Assembly (NCBI GenBank): GCA_009914755.4
Contig: CP068257.2
Span: forward strand, 8,640,001-8,704,000
DNA length: 64,000 nt
Source of the DNA: the human T2T-CHM13v2.0 reference genome, Homo sapiens
Direction of reading: 5' to 3'
The translations under genes were made by a program, and so were the position numbers. Of this stretch, positions 42,935 through 55,079 are shown one piece after another. Each line of letters starts with the position of its first letter. The stretch's first letter is position 1. The notes below the pieces were generated by a model. The model was given only the letters and a program-made list of their open reading frames with translations, searched no databases and was not told the DNA's origin.

Positions 42935-45900
42935 TAACTTTTTGTTATTTCTATTTATATTTTATTGTGCTATGTCTTGAAATGTTGTTGTGGTTATTAC
43001 TTTTGATTGGATATTATTTAGTATTCCTACTTTGAATAAGAGTAGTTTGCACACCACACAGCTATAGTGTTATAATATTCCGTTTTGTTTTGTGTCCAAT
43101 TAGCAGTGAAGATTTTTTTTTTACCTTTAGGTGATCATTTGTTGCTCGTTAATGTCCTTTTCTTCCTGATCGAAGTACTCCCTTTAGCATTCCTTTAGGA
43201 CAGGTATGGTATTCATAAAATACTTCAGCTTCTGTTTGTCTGAAAAAGTCAGTATTTCTTCTCTTTATTTGAAGAAAATTTTCACTGTATATTTTATTCT
43301 AAGGTAAAAGTTTTTTTTTCCTTTGATACTTTAAATATTTATTGCTTCTCTCTCCTGGCCAGTAGAGTTTCCACTGTAAAGTCTGCTGCCAGACGTGTTG
43401 GAGCTCCCCAGTAAGATATTTGTTCCTTTTCTCTTTCTTCCTTTATAACTTTTCTTTATCAGACTTTTGGAAGATCTATTGAATGCTTTGAAGTAGTCTT
43501 TTTTGGGTTAAATCTGCTTAATGTTCTATGACTTTTTTGTAGTTGGATATGGATATCTTTCTCTAGGTTTGGAAAATACTCTGTTATTATCCCTTTGAAT
43601 AAATTGTTCTACCCCTACATCTTTCTCTACATCTTCTTTAAAACAAATAACTCTTAGATCTGTCTTTGTGAGGCTATTTTCTAGATCCTGTCCGCATGAT
43701 TTGTTGTTTTTATTCTTTTTCTTTTGTCTCTTCTATGTATTTTCAAAGAGCCTGTCTTCAAGCTCACTATTTCTTCTGCTTGATCCATTCTGCTGTTACA
43801 TGGCTCTAATGCATTCTTCAGCATGCCAATTACATTTTTCAGCTCAGAATTTCTGCTTAGTTTGCTGTGACTATTTCAATCTCTTTGTTGAGTTTAACTG
43901 ATAAAATTTGGAATTTTTTTACTTTGTTATCTTAAATTTCTTTCAGTTTTTTTTTAAATAGAGCTATTTTGAATTCTCTGTCTGAAACATCACATATCTC
44001 TTTTTCTCCAGGATTTGTCCCCAGTGCCTTATTTAGTTCACTTGGTGAGGTCATGTTTTCCTGGATGGTGTTGATGCTAGTAGATGTTCTTCAGTGTCTG
44101 GGCATTAAAATCTTGGGCATGCAGCACCATATGAGAGGTTTAAAAAATAAAATTTAAAGAGAGAAAAGGTGAGTACTTATTGTAGTCTTCATTGTCTGGG
44201 CTTATTTGTAGCTGTCTTTCTTGGGAAGGTTTTTCACATATTTGAAAAGAGTTGGGTGTTGTGATCTAAGCCATATCTGCTTTATGGGGCACCTTATACC
44301 CAATAATACTGTAATTCTTCCAGACTCAGAGAAGTACCACCTTGACAGCCTTCAACAAGATCCAGGAGAATTTTCTGGATTACTAGCCAGAGACTCTTTT
44401 TCCCTACCCTTATTTTCTCTTAAAGATACAGAGTCTTTCTCTCTGTTCTAAGCCACCTAAAGCTGGGAGAAGAAAGACACAAGCACCCCTGGCCACCATC
44501 ACTATGACTGCCCTGGATCAGACCTGAAGCTAGCACAGCACGGGTCTTGCTCAAGTCCTGCTGCACGCACTTTCGGACGACTGCCTATGTTCATTCAAGG
44601 CCTTTGGTCTCTACAATTAGCAGGTGGCAAAGCCAGACAGTCCTGTGTTCTTTCCTTTAGGGCAGTGAGATCCCTCAGTCACTGGCTGGGTCCAGAAGTG
44701 CCATTCAGAAGTCAGGGCTTTGGCCACTTTTTAATAGGGTTTTTTGTTTTTCTCTTGTAAATTTAAGTCCCTTATATTGAATATTAGATCTTTGTCAGAT
44801 ACATAGTTTGTAAATATTTTTTTCTCATTCTGTAGGTTGTCTGTTCACCCTATTGATAATTTCTTTTGCTGAGCAGAAGCTTTTAAGTTTAATTAGATCC
44901 CACTTGCCAGTAGTTGCATTTGTTGTTTTTGGTGTCTTTATCATGAAATCCTTGCCTGTTTCTATGTCCAGGATGGTATTGCCTAGGCTGTCTTCCAGGG
45001 CTTTTATAGTTTTGGGTTTTACATTTAAGTATTTGGTCCATCTTGGGTTGATTTTTGCTTATGGTATAAGGAAGAAGTCCAACTTCAATCTTCTGCATAT
45101 GGCTAGCCAGTTATCCCAGCACCATTTATTGAATAGGGAATCTTTCCCCATTGCTTGTTTTTGCCAGCTTTGTCAAAGATTAGATAGTTGTAGGTATGTG
45201 GTCTTACTTCTAACCTCTCTATTCTATTCCACTGGTGTATGTGTCTGTTTTTGTACTAGTACCATGCTGTTTTGGTTACTATAGTGCTGTAGTATAGTTT
45301 GAAGTCGGGTAATGTGATGCCTCAAGCTTTGTTCTTTTTGCTTAGCTACTTAAGTTCTTTCTTGGTTCTATATGAATTTTTAAATAGCTTTTTTCTACTT
45401 CTGTGAAGCATGTCATTGGTAGTTTAATAGGAATAGCCTTGGGCAGTACAACCATTTAAGTGATACTAATTCTTTCTCTCCATTAACATGGAATGATTTT
45501 TCATTTATTTGTGTCTTCTCTGACTTCTTTGAACAGTGTTTTGTAATTTTCATTGTAGAGATTTTTCACCTCCCTGGTTAGCTGTATTCGTATGTACTTT
45601 ATTCTTTTCGTGGAAATTGTGAATAAAATTGCCTCTGTGATTTGGCTCTTAGTTTGGCTCTTCTTGGTGTATAGGAATGCTAGCAAATTTTGTACATTGA
45701 TTTTGTGTCCTGAAACTTTGTGGAAGTTGATTATCAGCTTAAGGAGTTTTTGGGTCACAACTATAGGGTTTAGATAGAGAATTATGTTGTCTGCAAACAG
45801 AGGTAGTTGGACTTCTCTTTCTATTTAAATACGCTTTATTTCTTTCTCTTGTCTGATTGCTCCAGAAAGGACTTCTAATACTAGGTTGAATAGGAGTGGT

Positions 45901-46985
45901 GAGAGAGGGCATACTTGTCTTGTGCGGGTTTCAAGGAGGATGCTTCCAGATTTTGCCCATTTAGTATAATGTTGTCTGTGAGTTTGTCATAGGTGGCCTT
46001 TATTATTTTGAGGTATGTTCCTTTGATACCTCATTTACTGAGAAGTTTTAAAATGAAGCTTTGTTGAATTTTACTGAAAGCCTTTTCTGCATCTGTTGAG
46101 ACAATCACGTGGTTCTTATCTTTAGTTTTATTTATGTTACGAATCACATTTTATTAATTTGCCCATGATGGAGCAACCTTCCATTCCAGGGAAGAAGCTT
46201 ACTTCACTATGGTGAATTAGCCTTTTGATGTGTTGCTAGATTCAGTTTGCAAGTATTTTGTTGTGGATTATTGAATGGATGTTCATCAAGGATACTGGCC
46301 TGAAGTTTTCTTTTTTTGTTGTGTCACTGTCAGTATTTGGTATCAGGATGATTCTGGCCTCATAGAACAAGTTGAGGAAGAGTCCCTCCTCCTCTATTTC
46401 TTGAAATAGTTTCAGTAGGACTGGTACTGACTCTTCTTTGTACATCTGTTAAAATTTGTTAATGTATCAGGTCCTGGGATTTTGGGGGGTTGGTAGGCTA
46501 TTATGGATTCAATTTTTGGAGCTCATAATTGGTCTGCTCAGAGACTAAATTTCTTCCTGGTTCAGTCTTGAGAGAGTATATGTGTCCAGGAATTTATTAA
46601 TCTCTTCTAGGGTTTCTAGTTTGTGTGTATAGAGGTGCTCATAGTAGTTGCTGATTGTTATTTTTATTTATCTGGAGTCAGTGGTAACATTCCCTTCATC
46701 ATTTCTAATTTTGTTTATTTGAATCTTCTCTCTTTTCTTCTTTATTAATCTAGCTAGTGCACTATCTTATTAATTTTTTCAAAAAACCTTGATTAAGTGA
46801 TTGTTTGAACAGTTTTTCATGTCTCAATTTCTTTCAATTCAGCTCTGATTTTAGTTATTTCTTGTCTTCTATAAGCTTTGTGGTTGAGTTCTTCTTGCTT
46901 CTCTAATTCTTTCAGTTATGATGTTAGGTTGTTAATTTGAGATATTTCTAATTTTTTGATATGAGCATTACTTCTTATGCCCTAC
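42935..46985 (-). mobile_element. old L1 (L1PB/L1MA-like), antisense, ~4 kb, 5'-truncated in the ORF2 N-terminal region
   Basis: Poly-T-like ttaactttttaactttttgttatttc at the low-coordinate end, then a long 3'UTR. Minus-strand ORF2 remnants lie at 44889-45098, 45501-45758 and 46242-46445 (..[44 protein letters not shown]..). Confidence 0.8.
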
Positions 46986-49204
46986 TCTAACTTTTGTCCC
47001 TCTAGAAAACTCAGAACTATGCTTTCTAAACCAATTCAAACTTTTTCAGTGAATCAACCTGGTCTCCCTGAGACAAAGTTAGCAATTTTCCATTACACAT
47101 GGTTCTCTTTCTCTGTAAGAATATCTAATGCAACAATGCAAGTGTTTCTTTCCCTCCTGGTAATGCAGGGAACTCCTTTTGGCTGAGACCAAGACTTAAA
47201 ACCTTGTTCTCTCAACATTAATGATCTATTTAGAGAGCCTCCATTTTTACAGAAAAGATATACAAACACCAATGAAAATAAATATGAAATTATATGACAT
47301 ACAATTATATTGTTGAAAGACTGAATAAATAAATGAACTAAGCTGTAAGAAAAAAAGATGATGATATTAAATGATATAGAAGTAAAAACCTGGGCTGGTA
47401 TAGCATAATTAATGTATCAGTAAAGTATGTACCTTTTAGAAGTGGCAGGAAGACAGCATAGAGAGTGAGACCTGACCAAAAGCTTTAAGGAAAATTCTAT
47501 ACCCTTAAATGAGATTAAAGTGGACTCAGGAAAACATGCGCCACAAGAATGGAAGGACAAATGTTCCAGACGGGCCAAATCTCAGAGCATCTCTACCTTC
47601 TCCAGGAGGAAAGGGGAGGCAAAGCAGCAGGCAGAAGACAGCACGGCCAGGTCAGCACAGGGCACCCAGGCCAAGCCAGGTGGTCTCCATCGTACAGGTA
47701 GTGATGAGCCACTGCCAGGTGGGCTTTATTCATTAGTTTGTTTTGTTTCCTTTACTAACGAAGACACATGATCAAAGTTGACCTTAGTAAGTGTTGCTGC
47801 AGCTGAACAAAAAGATAGATAAAACCAGCGTTTTAAAAATTATGTTGTATACAGCACTAGCCTCAGTAAGATATTAGTAGAACACACAGGCACATACAGG
47901 CACACACACTCACACTGAGGCCAAATTATTCTGGCAAATGCTGGGTTAAGCAAACTAAAAGAAACATCTTTAGTGCTGGACTTCTCAGAACCTGGAATAT
48001 GGCTATATGACTCATGAAACAGCAAGGTTAAGAGAGAGCATGTCATTTTTTCCCAGAAATGTTGAAACACTTTCCTTCCCTTGGCTTCAGTGTCACTTTC
48101 TTTCTCCTGGTTCTCCATCAACCTCTTTGGCTGCTCCTCCTTGATTTCCTTTTTGACAATCTGCTGCTGCTCAGCCATTCTCTTTTAATTCCCCAAGGAT
48201 TTCTCAAGTGTGTTACTATTCCTGCATTTTAAACTTTCCTTGTTTTTCCTGACCTCTCCTTGTCTGACCCTCCCCTGTTCTAAGGCAGGTGATCCATCTG
48301 TGTGTGCTTTTGGCATCCTGGGATGCTCCCAGCATGTTCCCTGCCACACTCCATCAAGTTTTCCCTGCAGACTCCGCAAAGGCAGCAGCCTTGTCTCCAC
48401 CATTCCTTCAATGCTCAGTACGTAACACAGAAGCTGACTCCATAACATTTAGTTGGCCAACTGAGACTAAATGTATGTTCCTCTAGATCTTAAAAAGTTA
48501 CAGAAACATAGCACAATAGTCAAAAAAATTGTCTTTAGTCAGGAGTTCTCCATATATGTACAACAGTTTGAAGTCATTATTAAGCAAAATGAAACAGAAA
48601 CTGTCACAGAATTCCCTAAGATAAATTATTTTGCTTTAATCTTCAATTCATCATGTGAAATAATCAAGACCATGTGTTATTGTAAATATTTCTAGCTTAC
48701 AACACAACAACCTGATTTTTACTGTTTGAAATAACCATAATATAAATCAGTTAATTAAAAATTGCATAAATAATCCTTTCAAATAAAATTCTGCCTAAAT
48801 TTTACATTACTCATATGTTCAAATGATAATGAGCTCATAGGATTTTCCAATACCTCAGTCAAAACATTGTACTGATTGCAGCTGTGGGAATAGTACCTTA
48901 AAGTTATCTTACAGATGGGGAAAAGGTACCTATGTGACATTGGCCTTTGCACTACTGTACCCTTTTGGGTCAGGAAAAAGCTGTTCCCTTAAAGTCCTAA
49001 AATCTCTTCTGTCAGGTCTAAAGGGTGGGTGGGAAACATAGTTTTTAAATTTTAGCCACAGATGTTTTATTCCTTGCTTAAAGCAGTGACTAGATAAAGG
49101 CCACTAGAAGAGTCTCCAACGTTCCTTTAGAAGCATGTGTCTGAGAACATCTTCCTGAAACACTCCCTTGTCTCTGCCCAAAATCACCTTAGGTAGGAAA
49201 ATCA

Positions 49205-49810
49205 CAACTCAGCAGGCTGAGGGGATCCAAGGGGATCATTGAGCTCTGAGGCTTATGAGAGAAGAGAGAGAGGTCTAAGACTTTTTGTGTATAAATTTAT
49301 GGGTTCCAAGTGCAATTTTGCTGTAAGCACGGATGGCATAGTGGTGAAGTCAGGGCTTTTAGGGTATCCATCACTGGAATAATGCACATTGTACCCATTA
49401 AGTAATTTCTCACTGTTCACCTCTTCCATCCCCTCACCCTGCTGAGTCTCCATTATCATTCCACTCTCTACATCAATACCTACACATCTTTTAGCACCCG
49501 CTTATGAGTGATAAAATACGATGTTTACTCTGTGTCTGGTTTGTTTCACTTACAACAATGGCCTCCAGTTCCATCCATGTGTCTGCAAAAATTATGATTC
49601 TATTGTTTTTTACGCCTGAATAGTATTTCATTGTGTATATTTTCTACATTTTCTTTCTCCAATCATTTGTTGATGGACATTAGGTTGATTTTATATCTGT
49701 GCTACTGTGAATAGTGTTGCAACAAATATAAAAGTACAGTTATATTTCTGATACATTGATTTTTTTTTCCTTTGCAAAAATACTCAGCGGTGGGATTGCT
49801 GAATCAGACA
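49205..49810 (-). mobile_element. old L1 (L1M-like) 3' fragment, antisense
   Basis: Minus ORF ..NGYNVHYSSDGYPKSPDFTTMPSVLTAKLHLEPINLY.. is typical of an L1M 3'UTR, followed by the antisense ORF2 C-terminal motif ..gaatagtatttcattgtgtatattttctac..ttgttgatggacattaggttgattttat.. Confidence 0.5.
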
Positions 49811-50379
49811 GAGCCAATTGATGATCAGTAATGGTGGCCAATAATCAGCTGGAAACAAAGTACTTAGCAGGGCTTGAAAACACCAAAACTCTGAGACCAC
49901 TGACCTTCAAAAACTTCAACAGCCCTGAGTGAAAAGTCCAAACACATTTATCTACCATTCAAAGACCCTTTATTGTCTGTCCTCTGCGCATCTCAGTAGT
50001 CTCTTTTTACCACACTGTCTATATACTGCATGAGCCATTTATATGAAACTATCTGACACTCCAAGGCATCTTATACTATATATTCAATCATGTATCCCTA
50101 GTAATTAGCACAGTCCTGGCATATAGTTTGCTACTAAACTTTTGCAGAATGAAGGAATTATCTTGTATCCAGGTTCCAAGTTTTAAGGTGATTCTTCACA
50201 AAAAAAAAGTATTACAGCTCACAAATAATCTACTTCCTTTTTTAGAAATGGGATTGATTTTAATCTTATACCCTAATAACATTACTTTCATTTACTCCTA
50301 TCTAAATATACTGTCCTAAGAGAGCAATAAGAAAGAGAGTTGAAGCTGGAGCTTGAAGAATTGTACATGGTCCTGTGAT

Positions 50380-50960
50380 ACCCTACCTTGTTTTAACCTG
50401 AGTGACTCTCTCCTAGTGGAGGGAGAGCCGGACAGACCCCATTTTAGTTTCTTCACATGCAGCCCCCTTTATCTCCCTTCCTTAAGGGCATAACTAGTGT
50501 AAACTGACTCAAAGCACATCCAGGAATGTGGTTACTATTAAGATATTGAGGCAAGCTGCACCAGCAGCTCCTGGGGACGCACTCGGTGAATGGCACCCAA
50601 AACCCCTGTATTTCTCTCTTTGTGATAGTTTAAGCCCCTGCACCTGGAATGTTTTTTTTTTTGTAACTGCTTTTGTAACCGATTAATTTTTTTAACTTTT
50701 TGCCAGCTCTGCTTCTGTAAAAATTGCTTCAGCTAAACTCCCCCCTCCCCTATTTAGACCACGGTATAAAAACAAAACCAGCCCCTTCCTCGGGGCCCAG
50801 AGAATTTTGAGCGTTAGCTGCCTCTCGGTCGCTGGCTAATAAGGGACTCCTTAATTTGTCTCAAAAGGTGGCGTTCCTCTATAACTCGCTTGGTTACAAC
50901 AGTCCACACTGTGGCCTGAGGTGCATCACCCACCTGAGCTTCATCTGTTAGGTATGTCAG
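50380..50960 (+). mobile_element. possible solo LTR (family unknown)
   Basis: U3-like tataaaaacaaaaccagcc (TATA), then an R-like gccccttcctcggggcccagagaattttgagcgttagctgcctctcggtcgctggctaataagggactccttaatttgtctcaaaaggtggcgttcc with an AATAAG signal. Confidence 0.25.
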
Positions 50961-53891
50961 GGAAGGTAAGCAGGGTGAGAGAGGCCTCATCAGAGGACCC
51001 CAGATCTCTGGCTTCCCCATCTGACAAGTGCACCTCTGTGAACAAAGACTTCAGAGCCAGATGACAAGAACGGCCCAAGCAGTCCACCAGGGAAACCTGG
51101 GCCCAGTGTACATCAATGCAGAGCATCAAGCACGGTGTAACAGGTGCACAGTTGCCTATTCCTGTTCAGAGATGACTGCGTCCCACACACTGTAAAATGA
51201 GGAAATGCAGAGAAGCAGATGTAACTGAAGAAGACAGCAGGAACAACAAGGAGGGACAACCATGACCTAGGAGGGCACCATGCCAGAGACGCCTGGACCC
51301 TACGCTAGGGTCAGTGCTTGTTATACTCTTGGGACCCAGAGCTTTCCTTCTCCATCATGTGGCATACTTGGCATTATTTGTTGTTTAAAATATTGTCCTT
51401 AGTTTTTACCTTTCCTAGGAGACACAGGCAGACCCTGTGACACTACAGGGTCTGGCACACAGTAGGTGCATCACAAACATCTGCCGACTTCACACTCTGT
51501 TGCCTTCTCAAGCCTTCTTGTCAAGTCTTCAGTGAAAAGGAATTGCTGTTTGAGCAAGAATTAAACTTCTAGAGACTCCTGGATCCACTGAAGTTTGAGA
51601 CAAGGTGAGATTTGTTTACTGCCATATTCCTAGCTCATAGCATACTGTAGTCAATTAAAAAAGTTTGTTGAATCAGTGAGTGAATTGATTCATGTCATAC
51701 TTAGCTATATATTTTCCGAGTAAAATTTATAAATTTAATGGTTTACTTCTAGTATAATTTTACTTTACTTATTCAACGAACCTGACAATTCAACTAGGTG
51801 CCAGGCACACCGCTGCTGAAGAAAAAGAGGTATAAGATACAATTTCTGTCTACAAGAAAGCCACGGTCTAAAAAGTAGAAACATATGAACAAATCATAAC
51901 AATAAACAGGCTAAATTCAAAATCAGAGGGGTTTGTTTCTATTTTAAACAGCTCTTGTCAGGAAGTGCGAGAAAGTTCTAAACAAGAAATGATCAAACAC
52001 ACCATCCAAGCATGAAGCAGAAGACACCCATAATTGAGTTTGCTTCCACCAACCCCAACAGCAAGAATTCCAGTCCTGCTGCTGCAAAGTAAGTGTCACT
52101 CTGATTTTATTACTGCTGTGTAACGCAGTTTTAGACTCTTGGGTTTTCACTTAATGTTCTAAAAAAGTATTAAAGAGAAAATATTTTTATGGTGATGAGC
52201 CCATCCACTGCAGCCATCTCAACATCATACCAATTATAAGCCCTATCATTTAAAAAGAAAACTGTTAGTTTAACTTATTTATCCAAATATCAGTATTAGA
52301 TAAACATGTTTGTCATCAGACTTTGGATTTATGGGTTAAATAGCATATAAATATGATTAGAGCCTTAAAGTTTACACTTTTCTGGTTTGCTCAAATTTTA
52401 TTCAAAATAACATATGTCTTTCAAAAAAATTGTTAGTATATATTTTTAAATGAACATTAAAATATATATTTTCCAAAAACAAAATACAGCTCCCACTGGT
52501 AAATGATGATGTTGAGATACAACAGACAACTTCTCTTGGGAACCATTTAATCAGTGCTCACTTTTGCACTCTTTCCAGAAATGTCAATGGCTTTAAAATG
52601 CAAAAGTATATTATACAACTAAACTTACACTTATCAGTATTGTGCAATATTTAGTACTTGTTCTAGCTATCTCTTGCTGAATAGTAAGCCATTCCAAAAC
52701 TTAAGGAATTATTTATTGTTTAATATTGTTTATTGTTATTATTTATTTAGTGATTTTAAATAATGTTATTTCTCATGGTTTTGTGGGTTGACGGGCACTA
52801 CAAAAGTTCTCTTTTGGAGTCTTTCTTGCAGTTGTGGTTGGTTGGCTGCTGCTGAAGTCACCTGAAAACTCAACTAGGCTAAAGAGCCTAGATGGGTCAC
52901 TCACATGGCTGGCAGTGCATGTTGGCTGCTGAGTGTGATGCGTATCTGGCCTCTCCATGTTATCTGGAGTGCTCACAACGTGGTAGTTGGTCCCAAGAGA
53001 CACAGGCAAATACTACAAAGCTTCTTAGGACCTAGCCTTGGAGGTCCTAGAATACAACTTCTGCTCCATCCTGTTGGTAAAGCAAGTCATTGTGATCAGC
53101 ACAGATTCAAGAAATGGGAGATTCGACTCTAACTCTCCATGTAAAGAGCAGCATGTTCATGCAGGGAGGAAAGAAATTGAGGGCATCATCTTGAAGACTA
53201 TCATATTACACCATTATTCCAACTAATGAACATTATGTTTTAGATGGGTAGTACTAGCTACTCATCTCTCCCCCAGAAACCCAAGCTAAGCATGGACATA
53301 TTGAAGAGAATGTCAACACCATTAAAAAAACTCTAGAAAAATCACATGTGATGACTGAGGTTAATTCAGTCTGTCAATTACATCAATATAATTCCCTCTT
53401 GTAACCCTAAATATGGTGAAGCAGAATTGAATTCTACAAAAGTCTTTCATCTGTTTTCCTATGGAATAATTAACAAACCCAATAAATGTATAAATAGTAT
53501 GAAGTCCAATTTATTTTAGATTTTTACCTCTTAATTTCAAAGCTTATAGAAATCCATAGAACTAATCATCATAATCCATAATGCCTGGACCAGAAGTCCT
53601 TGTTCTAAGAGTGTCTTGTGGCATGCTAAAAACGTATTACTAACTGGGAAATTTAAAACTTTTTGGTTAGTGATTTTAAGAGAGATGACTAGCTCATCAC
53701 CACAATTCACGCAGATCAAGAAAGGAGATTATTCTGCTGAGTGGATTAATAGTGATCAGAAAAAAAAAATCACAAAAGAGGAAAGGAGATAGAGAAGGGG
53801 AAACATACAGTCAATCACTACAATTAAGGTGATTTTTCAAATGGTTTATTTTGTATTTGCAAAGGAAAGGCAGCTTATTGCGATAGAATAA

Positions 53892-54206
<315 letters not shown>

Positions 54207-54211
54207 TCCTC

Positions 54212-55068
54212 TTGTTTTGAGAAGTGTCTGTTTATGTTCCTTGTCAATGTTTTAATGAGGTTGTTTTCTTAATGTTCAACATCACTAATCATCAGATAAA
54301 TGTAAATCAATGTGAGATACCATCTCATATTAGTCAGAATGGCTACTATTAAAAAGTAAAAAAATAACAAATTCTGGTTAGACTTCAGAGAAAATGAAAT
54401 GCTTATACACTGTTGGTGAGAATGTAAATTAGTTCAGCCACTGTGAAAAGCAGTTGGGAGATTTTTCAAAGAATTTAAAACAGAAGTACCATTCAACCAG
54501 CAATTCCATTACTGAGTATACATCCGAAAGAAAATTAAAAATTCTACAAAGAGAAACCCCACATGCACTTGTATATGCGTCATATTGCTATTCACAATAG
54601 GGAAGGCATGGAATTAACTTATGTGTGAATCAATAAATTGGATACAAATACGTGCCACATATACACCATAAAATACTATGCACACATTAAAAAGAATACA
54701 ATCATGTCCTGTGCAGCAACATGCATACTTCTGGAGGCCATTATCCTAGGGCAATTAATACAGGAACAGAAAACAAAATACCACATGTTCTTGCCTATAA
54801 GTAGGATCTAAACATGGGGTACTCATGAATATAAAGATGACAGCAATAGACACTGAGAACTACTAGATGAAGGAGGGCAGGAGGAGGGGAGGGGGTGAGA
54901 AACTATGAGTTCTATGCTTACTGCCTAGCTGATGGGATCAATTATATCCCACAATATATGCTCACTACCTTGGTGATGGGATCAATAATATCCCACATTG
55001 CTTAGCATCACACAATATATCCAGGTAATAAACCTGCAAATATACTCCCTGAATCTAAAAATTTTAAG
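54212..55068 (+). mobile_element. old L1 3' end (ORF2 C-terminus plus 3'UTR) with a short inverted 5' piece at 54212-54290
   Basis: 54212-54290 is the antisense of the ORF2 region ..[17 protein letters not shown].. (reverse complement cattgacaaggaacataaacagacacttctcaaaa). From about 54291 the sense strand begins ..[11 protein letters not shown].. (gtgagataccatctcatattagtcagaatggctactattaaaaag) and runs to the 3' end ..aaacctgcaaatatactccctgaatctaaaaattttaag. Confidence 0.55.
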
Positions 55069-55079
55069 GCAGAGACAGA

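Noticed and set aside
37228-42937. Dozens of overlapping 70-280 aa ORFs on both strands across the GC-rich block (for example 39886-40740, 284 aa)
   Set aside because: High GC suppresses stop codons. Many track M residues are non-ATG starts (TTG/CTG). The peptides are Arg/Pro/Gly/Ala-rich and mutually overlapping in all frames, the typical CpG-island artefact. Only the short ATG frame ending at a donor-like site (37848-37994) was kept, as a weak candidate.
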